Below are positions 17,675-26,019 of a stretch of DNA of 64,000 nucleotides, one piece after another. Origin of the DNA: Dehalococcoidia bacterium (GTDB lineage: Bacteria; Chloroflexota; Dehalococcoidia; Bin125); assembly GCA_963663895.2 (NCBI GenBank), contig CAXXRD010000003.1:192001-256000 (forward strand), in the 5' to 3' direction. The number at the start of each line of letters is the position of its first letter. Position 1 is the stretch's first letter. The position numbers were made by a program, and so were the translations under genes. A model generated the notes under the pieces. That model saw only the letters and a program-made list of their open reading frames with translations. It was not told the DNA's origin and searched no databases.

Positions 17675-18007
17675 TCAGCGCCAGGTGAAGCCGTCGAACT
17701 CGCGGGTGGCAGCGCTAAAGGACGCCTCAACTGCGACGACGTAGGCCACCGCCGGGCCGCTGCGAAGCTCGGCCAAGAGACGATCGAGCTGATCTCTGGA
17801 CGCCTCCGCCACCACTTCCACCTCCGTACCGCTTGGAAGGTTCCGCGCGTAGCCCGTAACCCGTGCGACCGCCGGGCCGCTCAACGAGTGAGCGACCCGT
17901 GTGCAAAAGTCACGGAAGCCAACGCCCTGCACCCGTCCACGGACTAGGGCGTTGAGGCGGACGATCTCGGGCGTTACGTCGTCCTGCGACACGCGGCGCC
18001 CGCTCAA
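17675..18007 (-). CDS. acyP: Acylphosphatase
   Basis: VRGRVQGVGFR, GYARNL, GP motif. Confidence 0.93.
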   Translation of the reverse strand: MSGRRVSQDDVTPEIVRLNALVRGRVQGVGFRDFCTRVAHSLSGPAVARVTGYARNLPSGTEVEVVAEASRDQLDRLLAELRSGPAVAYVVAVEASFSAATREFDGFTWR

Positions 18008-19725
18008 TCCTCAGCTGTCAGCTGGCCGACCACCTTCCCGACCAACTGGGGCGGCACGTCGTCTCGGATGACGGGACGGCCCGGCTCCTTGAGGAGCACC
18101 CAGCGTACGGACCCCGCGCTGACCTTCTTATCACTGCGGATGGCCCGTTGAACCGCCTCCGCATCGACGCCGGGAGCGGCCAAGGGCAAGCTGTAGCGGT
18201 TCATGATCTCACGGTGCCGCTCGACGATCGCACTATCTAGTCCAATCACTTCCTCCGCGATCCGCGCCGCTCCCAGCAAGCCGATCCCCAAAGCTTCGCC
18301 ATGCAGGAAGCGACCGTAATCCGTCACTGCTTCCAGCGCATGGGCGATGGTGTGGCCGTAGTTCAGGATCATCCGTAGCTCCGACTCGCGCTCGTCGGCG
18401 GAGACAACAGCGGCCTTAATGGCGATATTGCGCCCGACAAGGTCAACGGCGCGGCGGCGATCGCTGGCACTCTTGCCAAGCGTCAGCAACATCGCCGCAT
18501 CGCGCTCGAGATCATCAAGCATGGCCGGGTCACGGATCCAAGCGTGCTTGATCACTTCAGCGAAACCAGCGCGGCGCTCCCGCAGAGGAAGGGTCGCAAG
18601 CGCGGCGAGGTCGGAGATAACGGCCTTCGGTTGATGGAAAGCGCCGACCATGTTCTTGCCCGTGGGGAGGTTGACGGCGACTTTGCCGCCGATCGCTGCA
18701 TCGACCATGGCCAGAAGCGTGGTAGGCACGTGGACGAGGGGCATGCCACGGAGATAGGTGGCTGCAGCGGTCCCGGCTAAGTCGGTGACGACGCCGCCGC
18801 CGATCGCAATCACGACATCGCGGCGCTCGGCGCGCTCGGCGGCGAGCCATGCATAGATGTCGGCGAGGCCATCGAGATTCTTGCTGCGCTCACCGGCAAG
18901 GACGGTGAAAAGCCGAGCGCTGCGACCCCCTGTACGGAGTGCCCGCAGCGCGGCCGCTACGAAGTGCTCCACTCCTTGGTCGGCGACGACGAAACAGCGG
19001 CCGCCGGCTCCCACTGCTTCGAGCTTTGCAGGCAGCTTGTCGATCAGGCCCCAGCCGACGTAGACGGGATAGTCGCCGCTGGCCGCATTCACGACGCAAG
19101 CGAGATCGTCTCCGAAGTCCGGCGAGAGAGGAGCCGCCACATCCGGGCCTGCGACGATGGCCGCGACGCGCCCGGGCACGCGAAGAATCCGCTGGGCCTG
19201 TCGCTGGAGCGCAGCGGCAACCTCCGTCACCACTGCATTGATGTCGAGCGCGTCGGTGTGCACCGTGAGATCGGCGAGCGCGTAGAAAGGCTGCCGTACC
19301 GCCTTGAGGGTGCGAATGCGGGACAGCGCCTCGACATCCCCGCCAGCCAGAAGCGGCCGGGGGGCGGAGTCCTGCGTCGCGACGCGGGCGGCGATCGTCT
19401 CGGGACGCGCCTCCAGCAGAACGATGACGCCGTCCTCGGCCAAGAGACGCCGAGATTCAGCGTCCCCGAACGCACCGCCGCCGGTCGCGATCACCACCCC
19501 GGGCTCCAGCGTGGCGGTGCGGACTGCCGCGCGCTCGAGGGCGCGGAAAGCGGGCTCGCCATCTTCGGCGAAGATGCGGGAAATCGGACGACCAGCCTGC
19601 GCTTCGACGAGCGCGTCCGTGTCAACAGCCGCCATATCCAGGCGGTCGGCCAGTGCGCGCGCAACCGTCGACTTGCCGCTGCCGCTGAAACCGATGAGAA
19701 CGACGCGCTGCGGGTCGAGCGCCAT
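18004..19725 (-). CDS. aroKB: Bifunctional shikimate kinase / 3-dehydroquinate synthase
   Basis: GFSGSGKS and ATGGG (AroK), then GGGVVTDL, PTTLLAMVDAAIGGK, LNYGHT, LHGEA (AroB). Confidence 0.95.
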   Translation of the reverse strand: MALDPQRVVLIGFSGSGKSTVARALADRLDMAAVDTDALVEAQAGRPISRIFAEDGEPAFRALERAAVRTATLEPGVVIATGGGAFGDAESRRLLAEDGVIVLLEARPETIAARVATQDSAPRPLLAGGDVEALSRIRTLKAVRQPFYALADLTVHTDALDINAVVTEVAAALQRQAQRILRVPGRVAAIVAGPDVAAPLSPDFGDDLACVVNAASGDYPVYVGWGLIDKLPAKLEAVGAGGRCFVVADQGVEHFVAAALRALRTGGRSARLFTVLAGERSKNLDGLADIYAWLAAERAERRDVVIAIGGGVVTDLAGTAAATYLRGMPLVHVPTTLLAMVDAAIGGKVAVNLPTGKNMVGAFHQPKAVISDLAALATLPLRERRAGFAEVIKHAWIRDPAMLDDLERDAAMLLTLGKSASDRRRAVDLVGRNIAIKAAVVSADERESELRMILNYGHTIAHALEAVTDYGRFLHGEALGIGLLGAARIAEEVIGLDSAIVERHREIMNRYSLPLAAPGVDAEAVQRAIRSDKKVSAGSVRWVLLKEPGRPVIRDDVPPQLVGKVVGQLTAED

Positions 19726-19736
19726 GGCGTTTCTGT

Positions 19737-20942
19737 CTACTCCGGCCCGCCGGACGCTCGTGGACCGATGGTCGCGCGGTAGGACTGCATGTTGCGGCGC
19801 GTCTCGTCCAGATGGTCGCCGCCGTGCTTCTCCAGCACCGCGTCCGCAAAGACGAGGGCAAGCATCGCCTCAACAATGACCCCAGCAGCATGGACCACAC
19901 AGACATCGGAGCGCTCGAAGTGGGCTTCGACACGGTCGCCGCTATCGAGGTCGGCGGAGGGGAGGGGATGGGCAAGAGTCGCGATCGGCTTGATCGCGAC
20001 CCGTACGACCACGTCCTCGCCGGTCGTCATACCCCCCTCAATGCCGCCGTGATTGTTGGTGAGGTGGCGCCAAGGGCGATCGTCCCACTCGTCTCGGGGA
20101 GCGATCACGTCGTGCACCGCAGATCCCCGCTGCGAAGCACCGCGGAAACCGGCGCCGAACTCGACGCCTTTAAAAGCGTTCATGCTGAGGAGGGCCTGCG
20201 CAATACGCCCGTCGAGCTTGCGATCCCAGTGGACATGGCTGCCGAGCCCATAGGGCACGCGGGTGACACGTCCCTCCACCACGCCGCCGATGGTGTCGCC
20301 ATCACTCTTGGCAGCGTCGATCGCAGCAACCATGCGAGCGGCGGCGGCGGAATCGGCACAGCGGACGCGCGATTCCTCCACGGCGGCCCAGTCGATCGGA
20401 CCGGAAGGCTCCGCCCTGATGTCGCCGATCTGGATGACGTGGCTGTGGAAACCCAACCCACACTCTTCGAGAAAGCGACGAGCGACCGCGCCAGCAGCGA
20501 CACGCGCGGCGCTCTCGCGCGCGCTTGCACGTTCGAGCGAGTCCCGCACATCGTCGTAGCCGTACTTCACTGCGGCGGGGAGATCGGCGTGGCCGGGGCG
20601 CAATCGCGTGACCCGTGCGATCGGCTGGGCCGGCGGATCGAGCGCCATCGTCTCAGTCCACGGGGTACCGTCTGGGCCTTTCCCCGCGGCATGATCGCGG
20701 TTCTCAATCCAAAGCGCGACTGGGCTTCCGATAGTCCGGCCGTGACGGACGCCTGCGCGGATGTGCGCATAGTCGCTCTCGATCCGCATACGGCCGCCGC
20801 GTCCGTGGCCCTTCTGACGCCGGGCAAGCTGAGCCCGCAAGCCGGCCTCGTTCATGGGCACACCAGCGGGCAGCCCTTCGACGATCACGGTCAACCCCGG
20901 ACCATGCGACTCCCCCGCGGTGAACCAGCGAAAGCGCCCCAC
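19737..20942 (-). CDS. aroC: Chorismate synthase
   Basis: TAGESHGP, RPGHAD, ERASARE, GGIEGGMT, ERSDVC. Confidence 0.98.
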   Translation of the reverse strand: MGRFRWFTAGESHGPGLTVIVEGLPAGVPMNEAGLRAQLARRQKGHGRGGRMRIESDYAHIRAGVRHGRTIGSPVALWIENRDHAAGKGPDGTPWTETMALDPPAQPIARVTRLRPGHADLPAAVKYGYDDVRDSLERASARESAARVAAGAVARRFLEECGLGFHSHVIQIGDIRAEPSGPIDWAAVEESRVRCADSAAAARMVAAIDAAKSDGDTIGGVVEGRVTRVPYGLGSHVHWDRKLDGRIAQALLSMNAFKGVEFGAGFRGASQRGSAVHDVIAPRDEWDDRPWRHLTNNHGGIEGGMTTGEDVVVRVAIKPIATLAHPLPSADLDSGDRVEAHFERSDVCVVHAAGVIVEAMLALVFADAVLEKHGGDHLDETRRNMQSYRATIGPRASGGPE

Positions 20943-20954
20943 GCCTTTTCTCCC

Positions 20955-21665
20955 CTAGGACCCGCTGACGCGGTGCGCAGTGGCAGCGGCGACCGCAGCG
21001 GGTTCAGCGGGCTCAGCGGGCTCGGGGGCCGGCAGCGTCGCCGCCAGCTCCGGAGGAACGGATGGAAGCTCCACGGGCAGTGCCTCGCCCGAATCGCTGA
21101 TCCGCACAACTAGGTCGAAGGCCGCGACGATCGTGTGGGAGTCGCCCGAGTCCCAGTCGATGGGAGCAGCCCGCACGCGGTCGGCGAGGGAAGAGAGGAT
21201 CGGCCGGGCTATGGCGCTGCCATCCTCATTGCGGAAGGTGGTAAAGACATCCACGCGGACGAAGCCGGGGCGCAAGTTCGGCACGTCGTAAAGCAGCATC
21301 TCGGTCAACTTGCTCACGGTGGAAACAGCGGTATCGTACGCGGTCGCGACCTGAACGCGCTTGCCATCAACGACGCGGAACTCCGCTTCGGCGGTGGTAC
21401 TCACCTGTACGAACTGACCGCTGCCGGCGAGTAGCTCCATCCCTTGCACACCAGCCCAAACCGCGGCGCTCGTGCCTTTGGGCGGCCGTTGCGTACGCCA
21501 GCGATTGATCTCGCCGATGAGAATGCCGTTAATCGCTTCGAAGTCACCTTCGGCGACGAGGCGGCGCCAAAATATATGCGTGCGTACCTCTTTGAACAAC
21601 ACAAAGCCGATCAGAATGAAGAGAAGGAAGATAAGAATGGCAGCGATAAGGAGTGCATCGGTCAC
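20955..21665 (-). CDS. Hypothetical protein with N-terminal membrane anchor
   Basis: 236 aa, translationally coupled to aroE (GTGA overlap); one N-terminal TM helix. Confidence 0.75.
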   Translation of the reverse strand: MTDALLIAAILIFLLFILIGFVLFKEVRTHIFWRRLVAEGDFEAINGILIGEINRWRTQRPPKGTSAAVWAGVQGMELLAGSGQFVQVSTTAEAEFRVVDGKRVQVATAYDTAVSTVSKLTEMLLYDVPNLRPGFVRVDVFTTFRNEDGSAIARPILSSLADRVRAAPIDWDSGDSHTIVAAFDLVVRISDSGEALPVELPSVPPELAATLPAPEPAEPAEPAAVAAATAHRVSGS

Positions 21666-22546
21666 GGCGTCTGCTCCGTCTGCTCCGGCGACAGCGGATC
21701 ACGCATCGCTGCTTCAGCCGCGGCAAACATCGCCGCCAATGGCGCGGCCCGGCGCGTCCAAAGCTCAAAGGAAGCCGCGCCTTGGTGGACGAGCATCGGT
21801 AAACCACCCAAAGATTTATGGCCAGTCGCGCGCGCCCTGCGCACGAGCGGCGTCTCCATGGGATTCGCGACTAGGTCTACCACAACGGCCTCCGAACGGA
21901 GAGCCCCTGTATCGAACGGGATCTCACTCGCAGTATCGCTGCCCTTGAGACCAACCGGGGTGCAGTGGACGACAATGTCACAGGTACGCAGTTCCTCAAC
22001 CGTTCGCTCCTCGTCGCACCCATAGGCGCGAAGGCGGACGGCGCCGGGGTGGGCAGCGAGATCGTGGCGCAGGCGGCCGGCACGGGCGGGAGAGCGATTA
22101 ATGATCGTGAGTGCGCCCGCACCGCGCCAAACGAGAGCCCATGCGACGGCTCGCGCGGCCCCACCCGCGCCCCAGATACAGATATGCGCACCCTGGGGAT
22201 CGATACCGGCGCCTTCCAATGCCGCTTGGAAACCACCAACATCGCTGTTGTAGCCCTCAAGCTCCCCGTTGACGTTAACGACGGTATTGATCGCGCCGAC
22301 AAAGCGCGCGGTCTGATGCAATCGATCGACAAAGCGCGCCGCACTCCCTTTGTGTGGGATCGTGACGTTGGCGCCGAGGACGGCGTCCGCACGAAGACCG
22401 TTGATGGCGGCGGGGAGATCCTGAGGAAGCACGTCCCAAGCTTCGTAGCGCGCGTTGATGCCAAGTGCATCAAAAGCCGCCTGCTGGAAACACGGGGAGA
22501 TGCTGTGCATGACCGGGTGCCCTATCAGACCGACGCGTGCGCTCAC
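21662..22546 (-). CDS. aroE: Shikimate dehydrogenase
   Basis: GHPVMHSISP, GANVTIPHK, GAINT, NSD, GAGGAARA, MLVHQG. Confidence 0.96.
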   Translation of the reverse strand: MSARVGLIGHPVMHSISPCFQQAAFDALGINARYEAWDVLPQDLPAAINGLRADAVLGANVTIPHKGSAARFVDRLHQTARFVGAINTVVNVNGELEGYNSDVGGFQAALEGAGIDPQGAHICIWGAGGAARAVAWALVWRGAGALTIINRSPARAGRLRHDLAAHPGAVRLRAYGCDEERTVEELRTCDIVVHCTPVGLKGSDTASEIPFDTGALRSEAVVVDLVANPMETPLVRRARATGHKSLGGLPMLVHQGAASFELWTRRAAPLAAMFAAAEAAMRDPLSPEQTEQTP

Positions 22547-23679
22547 GGCGCGCGCTCGGCCTCTGCATCGTCCGGTCCCTCCTCGCCCACGTCCCCTATC
22601 GGCACCTGATCGCCTAAGCCAAGGAATTCCCGTGCGTTTCTTAGATGTTCGTCAAATGTTTCAGCGAAGACGTGGGAACCGTCTCCGCGAGCAACGAAGA
22701 AAAAAAGGTTGCTGGGTGGTGGGTCGATAGCAGCAGCAATAGAAGCATCGCCAGGATTCGCTATTGGCCCAGGTGGGAGCCCCGCAGTGACGTATGTGTT
22801 GTACGGGGAAGGGAAAGTGAGGTCGTCAAGAGTAAGAGCCGTTTTCCAGTAGCCGAAACGCTCGATGCTGCCCGGTGTTTCGGAGATCGCATACTGCACG
22901 GTGACATCGGACTCCAAGCGAATCCCTTCGCCGAGACGGTTACGGAAGACCGATGCGATCAGCGCTCGCTCCTCAGCGACTAATGTCTCACGCTCCACGA
23001 TGGAGGCGAGGGTGAGAGTCTCGTGCACGCTCCGCCCCTGCCGACTGAGCTGGAAGAGACGATCGGGCGGAAAGGCTTGGTCAAGGCGCTCGAGCATCTG
23101 GCGAACGACCTCGCCGCCAGTCGCGCGCAAAGAGAAAGTGTAGGTAGCCGGAAAAAGATAACCTTCGAGCGAGGCGCCAAGCGGGCGATCGGCAGCCAGC
23201 GTGCCACTCCAATTCGTCGGCTCCTCCAGCGCGGCGAAAAACTCAGCCTCCCCCACAACGCCGTTCGCGGCGAGGATTGCGGCGACCTCCTCCAGTCGAC
23301 GTCCCTCAGGGATCGTAACAATGCGCGGAGAGGTGACCCCGCCGTAGATCCGTTCCAGCACTTGGAGTGCCGAGAGGCCCGGTTCGAAGTCGTACGTCCC
23401 TGCCTGGAGCTGGTCGGCGTATCCAAGCAAGGCAGCCAGTGACTCGAACTGGCGGGAGGATCGGACAACGTCTGCCTCCTCCAATTTCTCCCCAATGCTC
23501 TGGGCAGATTCACCCGCGCGCACATCGATCGTGACGATGCCGCGCGGCGGAAGTGGCTCGCTGTCCAGAGGGGGGACCGTGTCCCCAAACGTATCGCCGG
23601 GGACGGCCAACGAGATAAGGACGGCGGCACTCGCCAGCGCCGACGCGATCGCGATGCCCAGCAACCAAGGCGCGCGCAC
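22543..23679 (-). CDS. mltG: Endolytic peptidoglycan transglycosylase
   Basis: N-terminal TM; TIPEG, LEGYLFPATY, LASIVERE, SPYNTY, GLPPGPIANPG. Confidence 0.95.
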   Translation of the reverse strand: MRAPWLLGIAIASALASAAVLISLAVPGDTFGDTVPPLDSEPLPPRGIVTIDVRAGESAQSIGEKLEEADVVRSSRQFESLAALLGYADQLQAGTYDFEPGLSALQVLERIYGGVTSPRIVTIPEGRRLEEVAAILAANGVVGEAEFFAALEEPTNWSGTLAADRPLGASLEGYLFPATYTFSLRATGGEVVRQMLERLDQAFPPDRLFQLSRQGRSVHETLTLASIVERETLVAEERALIASVFRNRLGEGIRLESDVTVQYAISETPGSIERFGYWKTALTLDDLTFPSPYNTYVTAGLPPGPIANPGDASIAAAIDPPPSNLFFFVARGDGSHVFAETFDEHLRNAREFLGLGDQVPIGDVGEEGPDDAEAERAP

Positions 23680-23683
23680 GGTT

Positions 23684-24184
23684 TCAGTGTTCCGTTCGCG
23701 CCGGATGATGCGCGCTCACCGCAGCAGGATCATGACTCTGCCTGTCCAACCAGCGCTGCAGGATCACGGCTGCAGCAGCCGCGTGGCGCGCGCGCCGGCG
23801 GCGCCGGTGATCACGGGGACGCAGCTTCGCGGCGGAGGCGCCGCTGCGCGCATCCACTACCAGATCGTCGACCGCGTTGGAATACCGCTCACTGACAGTA
23901 ACGGCCGGGAGTTGCAATGCAGCGGCAAGACGCTCGCCATAGCGCCGGAACCGCGTGGCTTGGGCATCCTCGCCACCATCCGGGCCGAGGGGAACACCGA
24001 TCAGGGCCAAACTCGCGCCGTCCGGATACAACAGCTGTCGAATGCACGCGACGCCTTCGTCTGACTCAACGCGCCGATCGATCGTGGTCAGAGGAAGCGC
24101 GAGTCGCCGGGCGGCGTCGGAGATGGCAAACCCGACCCAACGCTCGCCAGGATCGATCGCGAGCACACGCGCGGATACGCGCAT
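23684..24184 (-). CDS. ruvX: YqgF/RuvX pre-16S rRNA nuclease
   Basis: VLAIDPGERWVGFAISD, GVPL, SERYS, AAAVILQRWLD; start ATG at 24184. Confidence 0.88.
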   Translation of the reverse strand: MRVSARVLAIDPGERWVGFAISDAARRLALPLTTIDRRVESDEGVACIRQLLYPDGASLALIGVPLGPDGGEDAQATRFRRYGERLAAALQLPAVTVSERYSNAVDDLVVDARSGASAAKLRPRDHRRRRRARHAAAAAVILQRWLDRQSHDPAAVSAHHPARTEH

Positions 24185-24200
24185 CGTGGAGATCGAGTCG

Positions 24201-26015
24201 CTAACCGTCGGCCTCCTCGAAAAGACTGTCCAAGAGATCGCCTCCTCCGGGTAACGCGTCATTCCCGCCACTGCCCGATCCGGCGCTTTCGGCCGTTCCC
24301 TCTTCAGGCACGGACGAGAGAGTATCGATAATCTCGACCTTAATGCGGAAGTCAAAGGGGGAGATCAGCGGCATAAAACTCGGCGTCACGTCGATCCGGG
24401 CAGGCTCCCGCAGACGCAGCGCGCCATTCAGCTTGGATTCAGCGCTGCTCACGCGTTCGAGCCGCACGGCGCGCTCCACTGCTTCCGGAATGATGATGGG
24501 TGCGACGTGTCCCTCCAGCATCATATCGAAGCTGATTGCGTCGAGCGTTTCGTTGACCGAGACCTCACTAATAGCCACCGGCTCCAACGACTCCGTCACC
24601 ACCGCAAAGCCCGCGCCTTGCGTGCGGTGAATCTCGCGCGCCGCAAGCGATCGGATCTCGTCGACCGGCACGCCAATCACGGAGACGGCGGCGACGGTCG
24701 TCACCGCAAGCGTATCGCCCGGCTGGTCGAGTTCAGGCAGGAACTCCTCGCTCAACACCTCGACTTTCAGCGTATCGGAGTGGAAAACGAAGCGCCCGTG
24801 AGCCTGCCGTTCCAACACCTCAAGCGCACGAACGCGAAGGGTGTGCGCACCGGCGCGGCGCACGCGGTCGATATCCAGGGAGTGGGGACCCCGGAGGCGG
24901 GTCGCGCCGCCGCCAGTGGTGGGATCCGGGTTGCTCACTTCGGCCTGGCCTGCCAGGGAAAGGCCAGGCAGGGTGACCGTGCCAGCGGGCACATTGCCTT
25001 CCGGTCCAACCCGCTCCGCTTCAATGCCGGTGACGGCAACCGAACCGTGGCCCGCGGGAACGACTACCGCCTCGGTGGTACGGAAGCGCGCCCCGCTGAT
25101 CGCGCCGACATCGGTACCGACGGGTATGTCCAAAGGGAGCGGGGTTCGGTTTGCGATGCGCAGCGTTCCCGTCGCACGGGTACCGGAGGCCGCCACGTGG
25201 CCGGTCGTGGCGACGGTGTCTGTTGCGATGATCTCCACCGTCAAACGCTCGGCCGGGAGCATGCCCTCCTCGGCCACATCCCCCTCGCCGAGCACACGCG
25301 CTTCCACAACAAGCGGAACAGCAACCGCCGTGAGTTCGGGCGCCAGCCGCACCGTAGCGGAAGGACCGAACGCAGCGGCGCCCACCACCGCAACCGGAAG
25401 GGCAGCGAGCGTCATGAGCCGGATCACGAGGTCGGAAGAGGGCAGGGGCAACGCGAGGAAACCCAGCCGCAGGTAGCGGGGCATGAGACGGCCGTGCCTA
25501 ATCTCGCGGCCTCGCATAGAGCCGACAACCACGAGGCCTTCGTCGCGTGCCAGCCGACGGATGCGGCCGTTGCGTGTTTGCAGAACGAGGTGCAGGCGCG
25601 TGGCGTCGACATGGCGGCGGAGAAGCCGCATGCCGAGCTGGGAGCGCAACGACTCGTTGCGCCGATCGATACGAGCAACGACGGTCAGACCCGGACCGGC
25701 ATGGAGCTTCGAGCGAATCGAGGCGATGTCGTCGTGGCGTTCGATCTGGACGGTGCGGAACAATTCGACGCCGGGCGGAACGACCTCGGGCGAGACGACG
25801 GGGGCGGATACGGTATCCCCCGCTTGCGTTCGCTCGGCGGTTACCGGCGCGGGTTCGGAGGGCCCAGCGCCACGGCGAAAACGCCACGCGAACAAGCGTG
25901 CCCGCCACAAGGCAACGCGCAAGCGGGTCGCCAGCGCCGCGCGTGCGTGCCGCCCCCGTATGAGCCAAGCCACCGCACGAGCCTTCGACCTGCTGCCGCG
26001 AGCGGGGCGCTGCAT
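24201..26015 (-). CDS. Membrane-anchored baseplate J/gp47-like domain protein; start uncertain
   Basis: N-terminal 'DDIASIRSKL..LRSQLGMRLLRR..IRRLARDEGL' domain, a TM helix, then ATGTLRIAN..IPVGT..F.T..EAERVGPEGNVPAG..VSNPDPTTGG. Confidence 0.7.
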   Translation of the reverse strand: MQRPARGSRSKARAVAWLIRGRHARAALATRLRVALWRARLFAWRFRRGAGPSEPAPVTAERTQAGDTVSAPVVSPEVVPPGVELFRTVQIERHDDIASIRSKLHAGPGLTVVARIDRRNESLRSQLGMRLLRRHVDATRLHLVLQTRNGRIRRLARDEGLVVVGSMRGREIRHGRLMPRYLRLGFLALPLPSSDLVIRLMTLAALPVAVVGAAAFGPSATVRLAPELTAVAVPLVVEARVLGEGDVAEEGMLPAERLTVEIIATDTVATTGHVAASGTRATGTLRIANRTPLPLDIPVGTDVGAISGARFRTTEAVVVPAGHGSVAVTGIEAERVGPEGNVPAGTVTLPGLSLAGQAEVSNPDPTTGGGATRLRGPHSLDIDRVRRAGAHTLRVRALEVLERQAHGRFVFHSDTLKVEVLSEEFLPELDQPGDTLAVTTVAAVSVIGVPVDEIRSLAAREIHRTQGAGFAVVTESLEPVAISEVSVNETLDAISFDMMLEGHVAPIIIPEAVERAVRLERVSSAESKLNGALRLREPARIDVTPSFMPLISPFDFRIKVEIIDTLSSVPEEGTAESAGSGSGGNDALPGGGDLLDSLFEEADG

Positions 26016-26019
26016 CGAA

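Noticed and set aside
18004-19725. AroK-AroB fusion as a novelty
   Set aside because: Well-known bifunctional arrangement in several phyla.
24201-26015. Prophage, T6SS or eCIS locus suggested by the baseplate-J-like gene
   Set aside because: No other phage or contractile-system genes in the window; flanked by core genes.
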